Source of the DNA: Candidatus Pacearchaeota archaeon | GTDB taxonomy: Archaea; Nanobdellota; Nanobdellia; Pacearchaeales; GW2011-AR1 | Direction: 5' to 3' | DNA: 64,000 bases | Assembly (NCBI GenBank): GCA_964202455.1 | Contig: CAXNIJ010000005.1 | Coordinates: forward strand, 18,171 to 82,170 | Shown: positions 54,002 to 63,493 of the stretch, piece after piece | How positions within the stretch are numbered: the stretch's first letter is position 1 | Layout of the letters: the number at the start of each line of letters is the position of its first letter | Translations under genes and position numbers: made by a program | The notes under the pieces: model-generated | Seen by the model: only the letters and a program-made list of their open reading frames with translations | Told to the model about the DNA's origin: nothing | Databases searched by the model: none

Positions 54002-54655
54002 ATGTGGAGCCTGAAATTTAAGGTACTAAATAAAGATAGTATTTATACACTTCTCACTACAGAGTATAAAGTAACTGACTTTCTCTATCCGGTTGATTAT
54101 TTCAAAAAAAATGGAAAAATCAATATTTTAAGTATTCATGTGCTAGAGGGAGAAGAGAATGAGAAAAGAAAGTTTATTAGGGCTATGAAAAAGAATAAAA
54201 AAGTGAAGAAGATAGAAGAAAATGGAGATCGTATTATCACGCTTATTGCTGAAGAAGAGCATTTTTATGAACTGCTTTTTGCAGCCGAGCTATATCATCC
54301 TTCACCAGTTGTTATTAAAGCAGGTTATGAAGAATGGCACGTCAGTTCATTCAATAGGAAAATTCTTGAGAGTATAATACGAGAGATTGAAAAATGGAAG
54401 AATAAATTTCCCGAATTTATGTTTTATGCACTTACTAAAACAAAGATCGATGAAATTTATTTTCCAAAGATAAGACCTAGACTACCTGGAAAGCAAAAGC
54501 AAGCATTTGATCTTGCTTTGAAACTAGGATATTATACATGGCCTAGAAAAGTTGATTTAGGCGATCTTGCAAAAGAGATGAAAGTTTCTGTCGCTACGTT
54601 TCATGAAAACTTGAGAAAAGCAGAGGAGAAACTGCTGCCGTTCTTTGTGAAGTGA
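54002..54655 (+). CDS. HTH_10 (bacterio-opsin-activator-type HTH) DNA-binding protein
   Basis: C-terminal LPGKQKQAFDLALKLGYYTWPRKVDLGDLAKEMKVSVATFHENLRKAEEKLL. Confidence 0.7.
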   Translation: MWSLKFKVLNKDSIYTLLTTEYKVTDFLYPVDYFKKNGKINILSIHVLEGEENEKRKFIRAMKKNKKVKKIEENGDRIITLIAEEEHFYELLFAAELYHPSPVVIKAGYEEWHVSSFNRKILESIIREIEKWKNKFPEFMFYALTKTKIDEIYFPKIRPRLPGKQKQAFDLALKLGYYTWPRKVDLGDLAKEMKVSVATFHENLRKAEEKLLPFFVK

Positions 54656-54667
54656 ATACTTAAGATA

Positions 54668-56158
54668 TTATTTGACCTTTTTACGTGTAGTCTTCGAAGG
54701 TTTCGCGACAGAGTTCATCAGATACTCTTCAGGTTTCACTGCAACAAATCCTTCTCCTTGTCTGAATCGATAGAGAGGAACACTCCTCTTATTTGCTTCT
54801 TGTGCTACTCTTGCAACAATTGCGGGTTCATAGATAGAACTTTCATGTGTTTGATATCTAGGATGCCCTTCTAATTGTCTCGACAGATGTCCCCAGCCAT
54901 GATGATTTTCTACGAAGTAGAGTCCTCCAATTTCGTAATTGTCTCCGATGATGACTTCGTTGTGTGTTTGAGGAGGAACTGTTGCTACTTCTTTCAATCT
55001 TTCGGAAATGTCTCGCGAAGTTTCAAAGCACATAAAGTTCGTCATTCGCACGAAATGAGGCTTTAATTCTCCTTGTGATGCTAAATCTGTTGTACTCGCT
55101 TCATAGATTTTTCCTTCTCTTATAAGAACGCCATAGGGAGAGAAAAATTCTTTTGGTTCTGAATTTTTTCGAATTGCGCTCGTGCTGATATCGGGACGTT
55201 TAGAGAAGATATTTTCAAAAAAGTTCTCGAGTTCCAATTCGTCTGGATTACCATTGCGAGATAGTACTTGTTCGTTCCAGTGAGCGTTGTTGGCGAACTG
55301 AGGATATTTTCCAAAATTATTTTTATAATAAGGTATACCATGTACGATTTTGATGTCATATTTTTTAGAAGCTTCTGAAATGGGGACGGTTCTTGCTTCT
55401 TGTGCATATTTTTCTTTCATCTGTTCAATAATCTGGGCCTTGTCCTTAAACGTCTTGTTGCCCATTCGTAGCCAGCTTGAGGCTCGATCGATGAAAAATG
55501 AAATGCCATCTCCTGAGACTGAGCAGGTATTTGAAGTTACGTAGTTCTCAAGTTCATCTAAGCTTTTCTGTGCTCCCACCATCCCCCTTTTTTCAAGGAA
55601 GGATTCGTAGATATTCCGTGGAAATTGCATATCTACTTCTTTGTATAATTCCCCTAGTTTATCTAATGTTTCGGAGAGGTAGGTTTTTTCAGGAGCAAAC
55701 GAACCTTCTTGGAGTTTCTTTTTGATCTCTTGCATTTGTCCCGAGAGACTTCCTGGGCTTATTCGGATCATGTTTCCCGATGTATCTCTGAGAAGACCGG
55801 AGCGTACTCTTTGTATTGCATTTACCGTTCTTTCGTTTTCTCGGTTTCTTTGATCTTTCTTGAATTGCCATCCAAAGAGTTGGTCTTTTTGCAATTGAAA
55901 GAGTGAGGTTTGATACATGAGCTGAGGTTTTTTTCCTTCGAATGTCTTGGCTTCTTCTTGTTCTTGTGTTCTTTGAGTCTCTTGAAGAGCACGTTCAGAA
56001 TCCTTGGACTTGCGAATGATGAGTCCCCCTATGAGTGCTCTCGCTCCGAAATATAATTTTTCTTTCAAACTTGGTTTTTTATTTTCTAGAAGCTGTAGCG
56101 AAGGTGATGGAGATTTCTTTTCCATCTTCTCAAGCTTCTTTTGTAATGTGTCTTTCAT
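54668..56158 (-). CDS. Hypothetical protein (496 aa)
   Basis: ORF only; no motif recognised. Confidence 0.45.
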   Translation of the reverse strand: MKDTLQKKLEKMEKKSPSPSLQLLENKKPSLKEKLYFGARALIGGLIIRKSKDSERALQETQRTQEQEEAKTFEGKKPQLMYQTSLFQLQKDQLFGWQFKKDQRNRENERTVNAIQRVRSGLLRDTSGNMIRISPGSLSGQMQEIKKKLQEGSFAPEKTYLSETLDKLGELYKEVDMQFPRNIYESFLEKRGMVGAQKSLDELENYVTSNTCSVSGDGISFFIDRASSWLRMGNKTFKDKAQIIEQMKEKYAQEARTVPISEASKKYDIKIVHGIPYYKNNFGKYPQFANNAHWNEQVLSRNGNPDELELENFFENIFSKRPDISTSAIRKNSEPKEFFSPYGVLIREGKIYEASTTDLASQGELKPHFVRMTNFMCFETSRDISERLKEVATVPPQTHNEVIIGDNYEIGGLYFVENHHGWGHLSRQLEGHPRYQTHESSIYEPAIVARVAQEANKRSVPLYRFRQGEGFVAVKPEEYLMNSVAKPSKTTRKKVK

Positions 56159-56276
56159 ATTTTTTAGAGGTATTTTTAGTATTTAAATGTAACTATCTAG
56201 TAGTTACTAAATTGAGTTTATGAGTACCTTAAATATCAGGGTAAAGATAGATAATGGCTGAAAATGCGGGAAGAGT

Positions 56277-57020
56277 ATGAACTCGCAAACAACTACTCAA
56301 GAAATCCGAAAAACACCACAAACAATGATGCAATCAGATAGCCCTTTTGAGAATTGTTCTGAACGTATAAGTATTGAAGTCATGCGACGATTCTATCATG
56401 TGCGTGAGTCTGGAAAAACTGGAGAATATTATTTGTCTTGTGGAATAAAACAGTTCGTTCTAGAGCAGAAAGGCATGGCTCAGTTTATTTCTGTTTCGAG
56501 CAATACTAATTTAGAGAATTTAGTCAATTTATTTCCCGACACTGGAGCATTTAATGTACTTGAACAAGAGTATCATGATATGAAACAGAGTTCAACGTTC
56601 TTTGGCGAGAAATATCAAAGAGACCACTTTCTTATCTTGGAAGGAACAGGTGAAGAACTTGCGATGGCAGAGCAGTTCTTTTCTGGAAATGGATATCGAT
56701 ATATTGACGCTAAGATATGCGAGCGTGAAGAGAAACTTAAACAGTATTTAATGAATATGCAGCCGTTTCATGTTGAGAGTGTTCCAAGTATCTATACTCA
56801 GTTTTTTACGAAGACGGCAGTAATGAAGAAGCACATGACTTCTCATCTAAATAATCAGTCAGAGCTTTATTTTGGATTAGGAGTCATTATAGGATTAGTG
56901 TTTGGAGCTTATACCTTTCTCAATCTCGCGCGCGCATCTTCCGATGAACAAGGTCGAGGCGTTGTCCGAATCATGCATGATGACTTCTTTGGTAGAAAGA
57001 CATCGGAGATTGGGAAATGA
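56277..57020 (+). CDS. Hypothetical protein with one C-terminal TM helix
   Basis: ORF; the LYFGLGVIIGLVFGAYTFLNL segment. Confidence 0.4.
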   Translation: MNSQTTTQEIRKTPQTMMQSDSPFENCSERISIEVMRRFYHVRESGKTGEYYLSCGIKQFVLEQKGMAQFISVSSNTNLENLVNLFPDTGAFNVLEQEYHDMKQSSTFFGEKYQRDHFLILEGTGEELAMAEQFFSGNGYRYIDAKICEREEKLKQYLMNMQPFHVESVPSIYTQFFTKTAVMKKHMTSHLNNQSELYFGLGVIIGLVFGAYTFLNLARASSDEQGRGVVRIMHDDFFGRKTSEIGK

Positions 57021-57574
57021 GCTTTCTTGAAACTCTTACTCGAATATTCTCTCCGAGTTTGCACAAATCCATTAGGGAAAAACGTGAGGAGCAGCGCGAG
57101 AAAAAACATATTGATGAGTATGTCTTAGAGATTCTTAAAGAGCATGGCTATCGCGATTATTATTATACTGGGAATGAAAAAGATTGGGATGGTAACCATA
57201 AAAAATATCCGGTGATGTTCACGCCTAATTTTAAGCAAAGACTCGATGGATATCATCAATTTGATGCAATATCCGTTACGTGTCATAACACGTATTATCG
57301 TCATGTGACTGTTGAACTCTTGCTCGTTGATAGAAGAGAGAAAAAACTGTATAGTGCATTTAACAGTGGACAAAGGGGAATTCATTATGAAGGCAATTTA
57401 TTTGTTACGCCTCTCTCCATCAGAGAGAACGAAAAACATCAGCATGTATCTGTTGCGTATCAGATTGAACAAACCAGGAGAAGAAGTCTCAAAGAGAGGA
57501 ATGTATGTATTGCAGAGGTCGATGTGAGCGAGAAATCAGCATATAAACTTCCGAGAGCGAGAAAAGATTTATAA
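57017..57574 (+). CDS. Hypothetical protein
   Basis: ORF; 4-nt overlap with the upstream gene. Confidence 0.4.
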   Translation: MSFLETLTRIFSPSLHKSIREKREEQREKKHIDEYVLEILKEHGYRDYYYTGNEKDWDGNHKKYPVMFTPNFKQRLDGYHQFDAISVTCHNTYYRHVTVELLLVDRREKKLYSAFNSGQRGIHYEGNLFVTPLSIRENEKHQHVSVAYQIEQTRRRSLKERNVCIAEVDVSEKSAYKLPRARKDL

Positions 57575-57646
57575 CTTCTATAACGAGTGTATTTTTATGG
57601 AAGTTACTGACGAAGAATATATAAAATTGAAAATTCGTGTTTCTTT

Positions 57647-58651
57647 ATGATTTTTGAAGCAGTTCATCAATTTCTCCTCTCTTTGGATGCAGAGAAAGCA
57701 CATAATATTGGGAAAAAGTTAATGCGAGTGCCATTTCTATCTCCTGGAAGATATATTACTCCCAAATCTGAAGTAAAAATATTTGGATTTAAACTTGATA
57801 ATTCTCTTGGACTTGCTGCAGGTTTTGACAAAAATGGGGAACTAGTTAATTCAGCTCACAATCATGGTTTTGGATGGACTGAAATTGGAAGTGTGACTTA
57901 TATGGGCGGGCAAGGTAATCAGCAACCGCGCCTGTTTCGTTTGAAAGAAGAAAGAAGTCTATTGAATCGTATGGGTCTTAATGGTGATCCAGCCGAAGTT
58001 GTTGCGCAAAGATTGAAACGTTATAATTCTTCGCGATTTGCAGTGAATATTGCTAAGACACATAATCCTGAAATTATTGGAGATAAGGCAATTGAAGATG
58101 TAAGACAATCTTATATTTTACTTAAAAATCTTGGAATTTATACAGTTTTAAATCTTAGTTGTCCTAATACTGCTGAGGGAAAGACTTTTGAAGACCCAAA
58201 ATGCTTAGAGGAACTTCTATCTGCAGTTACTCGAACTGGAAGGGGCAGACCACTCCTTGTTAAACTATCTCCTGACCTTACAGAAAAAGATCTTGATAAG
58301 ATGATGGAAGTTGCCGAAGGGAAAGTTCAGGGATATGTTTGCACTAATACATTTCCCTCAGTTACTTTTTCAGATCAGAAGTACTTTGCTACTTATGGTA
58401 AAGGTGGAATAAGTGGTGGATTAATTAAAACTTCTTCACTTTCTGCAATTGCTAATGTGAAAAAGCGTACAAATAAAGTAATTATTGGTGTTGGAGGGCT
58501 TGAAACTGGAGCAGATGCATATTCTATGAAAAAACAAGGTGCAGACCTTTACCAAGCTTATAGTGGATTTGTTTATGGTGGAAGAGATTTTGCACATAAT
58601 GTTAATAATGAATTGGCCGAACTTGACAGGAAAGATGAAAAATGTATATAG
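57647..58651 (+). CDS. pyrD: Dihydroorotate dehydrogenase (class 2-like)
   Basis: LGLAAGFDKNGE, GWTEIGSVT, NRMGLNG, NLSCPNT, GGISG. Confidence 0.85.
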   Translation: MIFEAVHQFLLSLDAEKAHNIGKKLMRVPFLSPGRYITPKSEVKIFGFKLDNSLGLAAGFDKNGELVNSAHNHGFGWTEIGSVTYMGGQGNQQPRLFRLKEERSLLNRMGLNGDPAEVVAQRLKRYNSSRFAVNIAKTHNPEIIGDKAIEDVRQSYILLKNLGIYTVLNLSCPNTAEGKTFEDPKCLEELLSAVTRTGRGRPLLVKLSPDLTEKDLDKMMEVAEGKVQGYVCTNTFPSVTFSDQKYFATYGKGGISGGLIKTSSLSAIANVKKRTNKVIIGVGGLETGADAYSMKKQGADLYQAYSGFVYGGRDFAHNVNNELAELDRKDEKCI

Positions 58652-59706
58652 ATTGTCACGTTCATTGTAGAGATGAAGAGCAGAGTTATAAAGAGACGAT
58701 TGCGCACGCACTTGAAGTTGCGCGCGACTCCGGAATTGATGCTATTTTTGATATGCCTAATCCTTTTCGTCCAGTATTTAATGAACAAAGAGTTAAAGAG
58801 CGTCTTGCATTAGCACAACAAGCAAATGTTCACGGAGTTCTTTATAAAGTATTTCTAGGATTGACAAAAAATAGAGAGCAAATTAAGAGAGCGGTTGAAA
58901 TTTATGATACTTTTTTTCCTAAAGTTATTGGCATGAAATTATATGCTGGGCATTCAACTGGAGAACTGGGAGTTATAGGTGTAGAAGATCAGGCAACTGT
59001 TTATCTGACTCTTTCACAGGAGAGATATAATGGAGTTCTCTTTGTTCATGCTGAAAAAGAAAAAGAAATGAATGAACATATTGGCGCCAAATTTAATCCG
59101 AGTATACCAATTAGTCATTGTCTTTCGCGCCCATGGCGAGCTGAAGTGGAATCAATTAAGGATCAAATTAATCTTGCAAAGCAGTATAATTTTAAGGGAA
59201 AATTACATATTGCACACATATCTCATCCGAAGTCAGTTGATTTGGTTTTTGAGGCGAGAAAAGAACTTGATATTTCGTGCGGTGTTTGTCCCCATCACTT
59301 ATTTTATGATTGGAATCAGATGTTTACTGAACAAGGGATAATGTGGAAAATGAATCCTCCACTTCGTTCTCCCGGAACTAATCTTTCAATGATTGAATAT
59401 CTTCGTCATGGAAAGATTGACTGGATTGAGAGTGATCATGCACCACATGATCCCCAAAAAGATAAACTAAAGCATCCATTTGCATCAGGAATTACTGGAT
59501 TAGCGCACTGGCCTTTATTTGCAGAACTTCTAAGATATAATAATTTTAGTGAAGAAAAAATTCGCAATGTCACATTCGATAATATTGCAAATCGTTTCGG
59601 AATAGATATTAAGCATACCTCTCGCCCCATCAAAGATCGTAGAAATGATTATCCTTTTAATTTTTATACTTCACTTGAGAAGAAAATTGAATGGAAAGGC
59701 AATTAG
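58642..59706 (+). CDS. pyrC: Dihydroorotase-like amidohydrolase
   Basis: IDCHVHCRD (HxH), HAEKE, IAHISH, ESDHAPH. Overlaps pyrD by 10 nt. Confidence 0.7.
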   Translation: MYIDCHVHCRDEEQSYKETIAHALEVARDSGIDAIFDMPNPFRPVFNEQRVKERLALAQQANVHGVLYKVFLGLTKNREQIKRAVEIYDTFFPKVIGMKLYAGHSTGELGVIGVEDQATVYLTLSQERYNGVLFVHAEKEKEMNEHIGAKFNPSIPISHCLSRPWRAEVESIKDQINLAKQYNFKGKLHIAHISHPKSVDLVFEARKELDISCGVCPHHLFYDWNQMFTEQGIMWKMNPPLRSPGTNLSMIEYLRHGKIDWIESDHAPHDPQKDKLKHPFASGITGLAHWPLFAELLRYNNFSEEKIRNVTFDNIANRFGIDIKHTSRPIKDRRNDYPFNFYTSLEKKIEWKGN

Positions 59707-59742
59707 CACTAGACTTATAAAAGTGTATTTGTTAATCAATAT

Positions 59743-60687
59743 ATGAAAGAGTTGCGTATTGGGAATGTTAGAATTACACATGGACTTATTCTCGCACCGA
59801 TGGTTGATGTTACGGATGTTGCTTATAGATTGATTTGCAGGAAAGCTGGGGCAGCTATAGGATATACGGAGATGCTGAATATCGGCGCTATACTTCATAC
59901 AAATCGGAAAACTCAGAATTTGATGAAAATTGGAGAAGGAGAGAAACCAGTAGGAATTCAGATTACTGGACCGACAATTAAAGATTTTCGAAAAGTCGTT
60001 CCTTATTTAAAAGATTTTGATATAGTAGATATAAATTGCGGATGTCCCTCAATTAGAATTATGGATAATAAGTCTGGATCTTTTTTGATGAAATCACCAG
60101 TAAAAATTGCAAAATATATCCGAGTTTTGAAAGAAGCAGGATATAATGCTACAGCTAAAATTAGATTGGGTTTTAAAAATAATAATGTAATCGAACTTGC
60201 TAAGACAATTGAGAAAGCCGGAGCAGATGCTATAACTCTACATGCGCGTCTTGCGCACGATTCATATAAATTGCCTGCAGATTGGAAATGGATTGCAAAA
60301 GTTAAGGAAAGTGTTGGAATACCTGTAATTGGTAATGGCGATATTATGAATGGAAAACATGCTAGCGAGATGCTGGATATTGCTGATGGGGCAATGATTG
60401 CTCGCGCGGCGATTGGAGATCCTCTTGTGTTTTCTAGAATGCAAAAATATTTACGGACTGGGAAAGAAGAGGAAGTTGATGTTAGAGGAAATTTGGAATT
60501 ATTTGAAGAATATTTGGAAATTGCAAAAGAGTATGACATTGTAGATATGCCCCGTATTAAATCGTTAGGGGCAAATTTTCTTAGAGGATTTAAGGGTGCT
60601 AGTGAATCTCGAGCAGAACTAATGAAACTTAAAACTGTTGAAGAGATAAAAGAATTTATTGGAGGGCGGAAAGATAAAATAGACTAA
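59743..60687 (+). CDS. dus: tRNA-dihydrouridine synthase
   Basis: LAPMVDVTDVAYRLI, DINCGCP, ITLHARL, IGNGDI. Confidence 0.85.
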   Translation: MKELRIGNVRITHGLILAPMVDVTDVAYRLICRKAGAAIGYTEMLNIGAILHTNRKTQNLMKIGEGEKPVGIQITGPTIKDFRKVVPYLKDFDIVDINCGCPSIRIMDNKSGSFLMKSPVKIAKYIRVLKEAGYNATAKIRLGFKNNNVIELAKTIEKAGADAITLHARLAHDSYKLPADWKWIAKVKESVGIPVIGNGDIMNGKHASEMLDIADGAMIARAAIGDPLVFSRMQKYLRTGKEEEVDVRGNLELFEEYLEIAKEYDIVDMPRIKSLGANFLRGFKGASESRAELMKLKTVEEIKEFIGGRKDKID

Positions 60688-60793
60688 TGCTATAAATTTA
60701 GAAAACTGGACAGAATAATTATCTGTTGTCTAAATCTACTTCAGATTTATTTTTAGGCGTTAAAGTTTGGTTAGAGTGCTTTTTTAAACAAAA

Positions 60794-62176
60794 TTATCTT
60801 CTTCCGTAACTTCTTCCTGAACTTCTAGAGCTAGAACCTCTTCCGCCACGACTTTCCCCGCCGCCATAAGATCTTCTTCCGTGATCCGAACTTCCAGCTC
60901 GATTTCCGAATGAACGTCTTTCTCCTCCGAAATTTCTTCCTCCAGACCGTTCTCCACCGCCGTAGCTTCTTCCCCCACTATTCGAGCTTCCTGGGCGACT
61001 TGCAAATCTGCTGCTTCCTCCAAAACTACTTCTATCTCGATTATCCATAACTGTGAAAATGACTCGCGCCATTCCTTCTGGAAGTTTTACTTCTTCTATG
61101 TTCAAATCAGGATCACGAAGAACGTTTCTGAAATTATCATAATCTCTTTGAGAGACAAGACTTATTGCAATTCCTTCTTTTCCTGCTCTGGCTGTTCGGC
61201 CTATACGGTGAACATACTCTTTGCTACTTGGGGGCGTGTCATAATTGTAGACGTGAGATACTCCTTTAATGTCAAGACCTCTTGCTGCAACGTCTGTGCA
61301 GACAAGAACGAAAACTTTTCCCGTGTGAAATTTTTCAAGAATAAGATTTCTTCTTTGTTGAGTAAGGCCGCCATGAATTGAAGTTGCTTCAATTCCGTTT
61401 TGGTAGAGATTACGTGCGACTATGTCCGTATTACGACGAGTATTACAGAAAACCATTACTAGACCGGTTTGTTCTTTTTTTAAGAGATGTGCAAGAAGAG
61501 AGAATTTCTGTTCTTTTGGAACGTCATAATATTGCTGTTTTAGAAGGGAAGGGTCGACGTAACTGTCTACTGAGACATTTACCGGATTTTCAAGATATTT
61601 TTTTGTGAGGTGTTCGATGTCTGAAGAAATTGTTGCAGAGAATAACATAGTTTGTCTTTCTGTAGGACATTGAGAGATAATTTTATTTACGTCATCTATG
61701 AAACCCATATCAAGCATTCTGTCTGCTTCATCAAGAACGAGAGTTTTAACTTTTTTTAGTGAAAGCGTTCTTTGCTCTAGATGATCAAGAATTCTTCCAG
61801 GCGTGCCTACAACCACATCTGCAGTTTCTATGCCTCTAATTTGAGGGCCGATAGATACTCCACCGTAAACCATTACAATATTTAGAGGTTTATATTTCGA
61901 GAATGCACGAAGACTTTTCCCTACTTGTTCTGCTAGTTCTCGTGTTGGAGTCATTATAAGCGCTTGCACTCCTTGATGCCTAGGAAGGTCTTGAATGATA
62001 CTTGCTCCAAATGCTAAAGTTTTTCCAGAGCCAGTAGCTGCGCCCCCAATTATATCTTTTTTTGCAAGTGCAAGAGGAATTGCTTTTTCCTGAATTTCAG
62101 TAGGTTTTTCGAATTTAGCATCTGCTAAAGCTTTTAAAATTTCTTCTGATAGTCCTAATTTCTTAAATGATTCCAT
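60794..62176 (-). CDS. DEAD-box RNA helicase with a Gly/Arg/Ser-rich C-terminal tail
   Basis: Q-motif region, ATGSGKT, PTRELA, DEAD, SAT, HRIGRTARAG. Tail with repeated GGRSYGGGE. ATG 62176 (MESFKKLGL) preferred. Confidence 0.9.
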   Translation of the reverse strand: MESFKKLGLSEEILKALADAKFEKPTEIQEKAIPLALAKKDIIGGAATGSGKTLAFGASIIQDLPRHQGVQALIMTPTRELAEQVGKSLRAFSKYKPLNIVMVYGGVSIGPQIRGIETADVVVGTPGRILDHLEQRTLSLKKVKTLVLDEADRMLDMGFIDDVNKIISQCPTERQTMLFSATISSDIEHLTKKYLENPVNVSVDSYVDPSLLKQQYYDVPKEQKFSLLAHLLKKEQTGLVMVFCNTRRNTDIVARNLYQNGIEATSIHGGLTQQRRNLILEKFHTGKVFVLVCTDVAARGLDIKGVSHVYNYDTPPSSKEYVHRIGRTARAGKEGIAISLVSQRDYDNFRNVLRDPDLNIEEVKLPEGMARVIFTVMDNRDRSSFGGSSRFASRPGSSNSGGRSYGGGERSGGRNFGGERRSFGNRAGSSDHGRRSYGGGESRGGRGSSSRSSGRSYGRR

Positions 62177-62344
62177 TTTATCTATTGCGCTAAAAGCGCG
62201 AGTACGCATGCCCTGCGATAAGGGAGAACAAGAAATCTGCGGGGCAGGTTTGTTCTCAAACACGAATGGCTTCGATATGAAGCACGCGATGTGTCTATTG
62301 TTAAAAATTGCAGGAAATGAGGGTATTTAAAGTAGCAGGGTGTT

Positions 62345-63493
62345 CTAACGTTGGCTTATTTCTTTAGCGTAAAATAGTCGATATATATCTGTTTGCTCGT
62401 TATAAGGCACCATTTCTCCTTTTATTTTGTGACGTCTGCCTTTTACTATTGATTCTCTTACGATGAGAGGCAAGTTTATTCCTACACGAGGCTCGACATA
62501 AAGGCCTAGAAATGCTGAATAGTCTGTTCCATTATGGCGCATATATTTGATATTTGTAATATTTCTTTTTTCTGTAAACATTAAATTTGCTAGAAGACCA
62601 GTAGTTTCTTTGTCCTTTTGTGATTGAGACAATGTATCAGAATTCTCTATAGGATTTTGAATAGTATAATTTATCATAAGATACTGCAGCATTCCTGCAA
62701 GAGAGATATTGCCAATAAGAGTAAACTTTCTCCCATCCTTTTTTTCTAATCTTCTTTTTTGAAATATCATTTTTTTCTCTCTTTCCTCTAAGTGATTTTT
62801 CTCTATATGTTCTTTGAATTCTTTTACGTATGCGAGATATTCTTCGGCGGTGATATTTGATAAATTCAATTTTGATATCCATGTTGTTAAATTCGTTACA
62901 TTTCCTTCTTTAAATGACATATATCGTCCTCTCAAAGATATACCTGGCAAGTTTGGAGAATATGTCGCCATATTTATTACATTCAATCTTCTGAATTTTT
63001 CTCTGATAATTTCTGCACCTTTTAATCGTTTATTTTCCTGCTCTGCATCCATCAGGGTCGTTCTCGTTATCTGATAGAGTGCTTCAAGTTCTCTCTTCTC
63101 GACTCCGAGGGAAGATATTTCTTTTCGTAATTCATCTACAATTGTTTCTCGAGATTCGAGTGTCGTGCGCATTCTTACTATTGGACTTGTGGCAGTTCCT
63201 ACTGGATCTACTGCGAGATCAAATGCTATGGAGTCAGTTGTTAGAAACGTTACTGCTTGACTTACTGACTGCAGATATTTTTCTCTTCTTTCTTTTTCTC
63301 CAGGATTTTGCGACCTGTCTGGATGAAGTGTGACCTTGAGGAGTTTTTCATATCCGGTTAAGAACTCTTTTCTTCTGTCTTCAGGGATTGAACGTAATAT
63401 CCATCCATCGAGACCAAGAATGTGACCGGGGAGAGTATCGTATTCCTTTGTTTTTCGCTCTAATTCACTTTCTTCTTTAATCATAGATACCAT
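62345..63493 (-). CDS. Hypothetical protein with an N-terminal J-domain-like segment (HPD motif)
   Basis: aa ~45-85: YEKLLKVTLHPDRSQNPGEKERREKYLQSVSQAVTFL fits the J-domain helix II-HPD-helix III pattern. The rest is unrecognised and partly coiled coil. Confidence 0.5.
   Translation of the reverse strand: MVSMIKEESELERKTKEYDTLPGHILGLDGWILRSIPEDRRKEFLTGYEKLLKVTLHPDRSQNPGEKERREKYLQSVSQAVTFLTTDSIAFDLAVDPVGTATSPIVRMRTTLESRETIVDELRKEISSLGVEKRELEALYQITRTTLMDAEQENKRLKGAEIIREKFRRLNVINMATYSPNLPGISLRGRYMSFKEGNVTNLTTWISKLNLSNITAEEYLAYVKEFKEHIEKNHLEEREKKMIFQKRRLEKKDGRKFTLIGNISLAGMLQYLMINYTIQNPIENSDTLSQSQKDKETTGLLANLMFTEKRNITNIKYMRHNGTDYSAFLGLYVEPRVGINLPLIVRESIVKGRRHKIKGEMVPYNEQTDIYRLFYAKEISQR

Noticed and set aside
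53855-54013. 52-aa ORF (MFHEARLKFWVYNQ...) overlapping the start of the HTH_10 gene
   Set aside because: It shows only a faint resemblance to the N-terminus of the downstream protein (WSLKFKVLN). It is short, overlapping and unsupported.
60003-60539. 178-aa ORF antisense to the dus gene
   Set aside because: It is wholly contained within a well-supported CDS on the other strand and has a low-complexity Ser/Ile/Phe-rich sequence. This is a typical shadow ORF in AT-rich DNA.
60784-61023. 79-aa acidic ORF overlapping the DEAD-box helicase tail in another frame
   Set aside because: It is an alternative-frame reading of the Gly/Arg/Ser repeat region, and the helicase frame is continuous with the conserved core.
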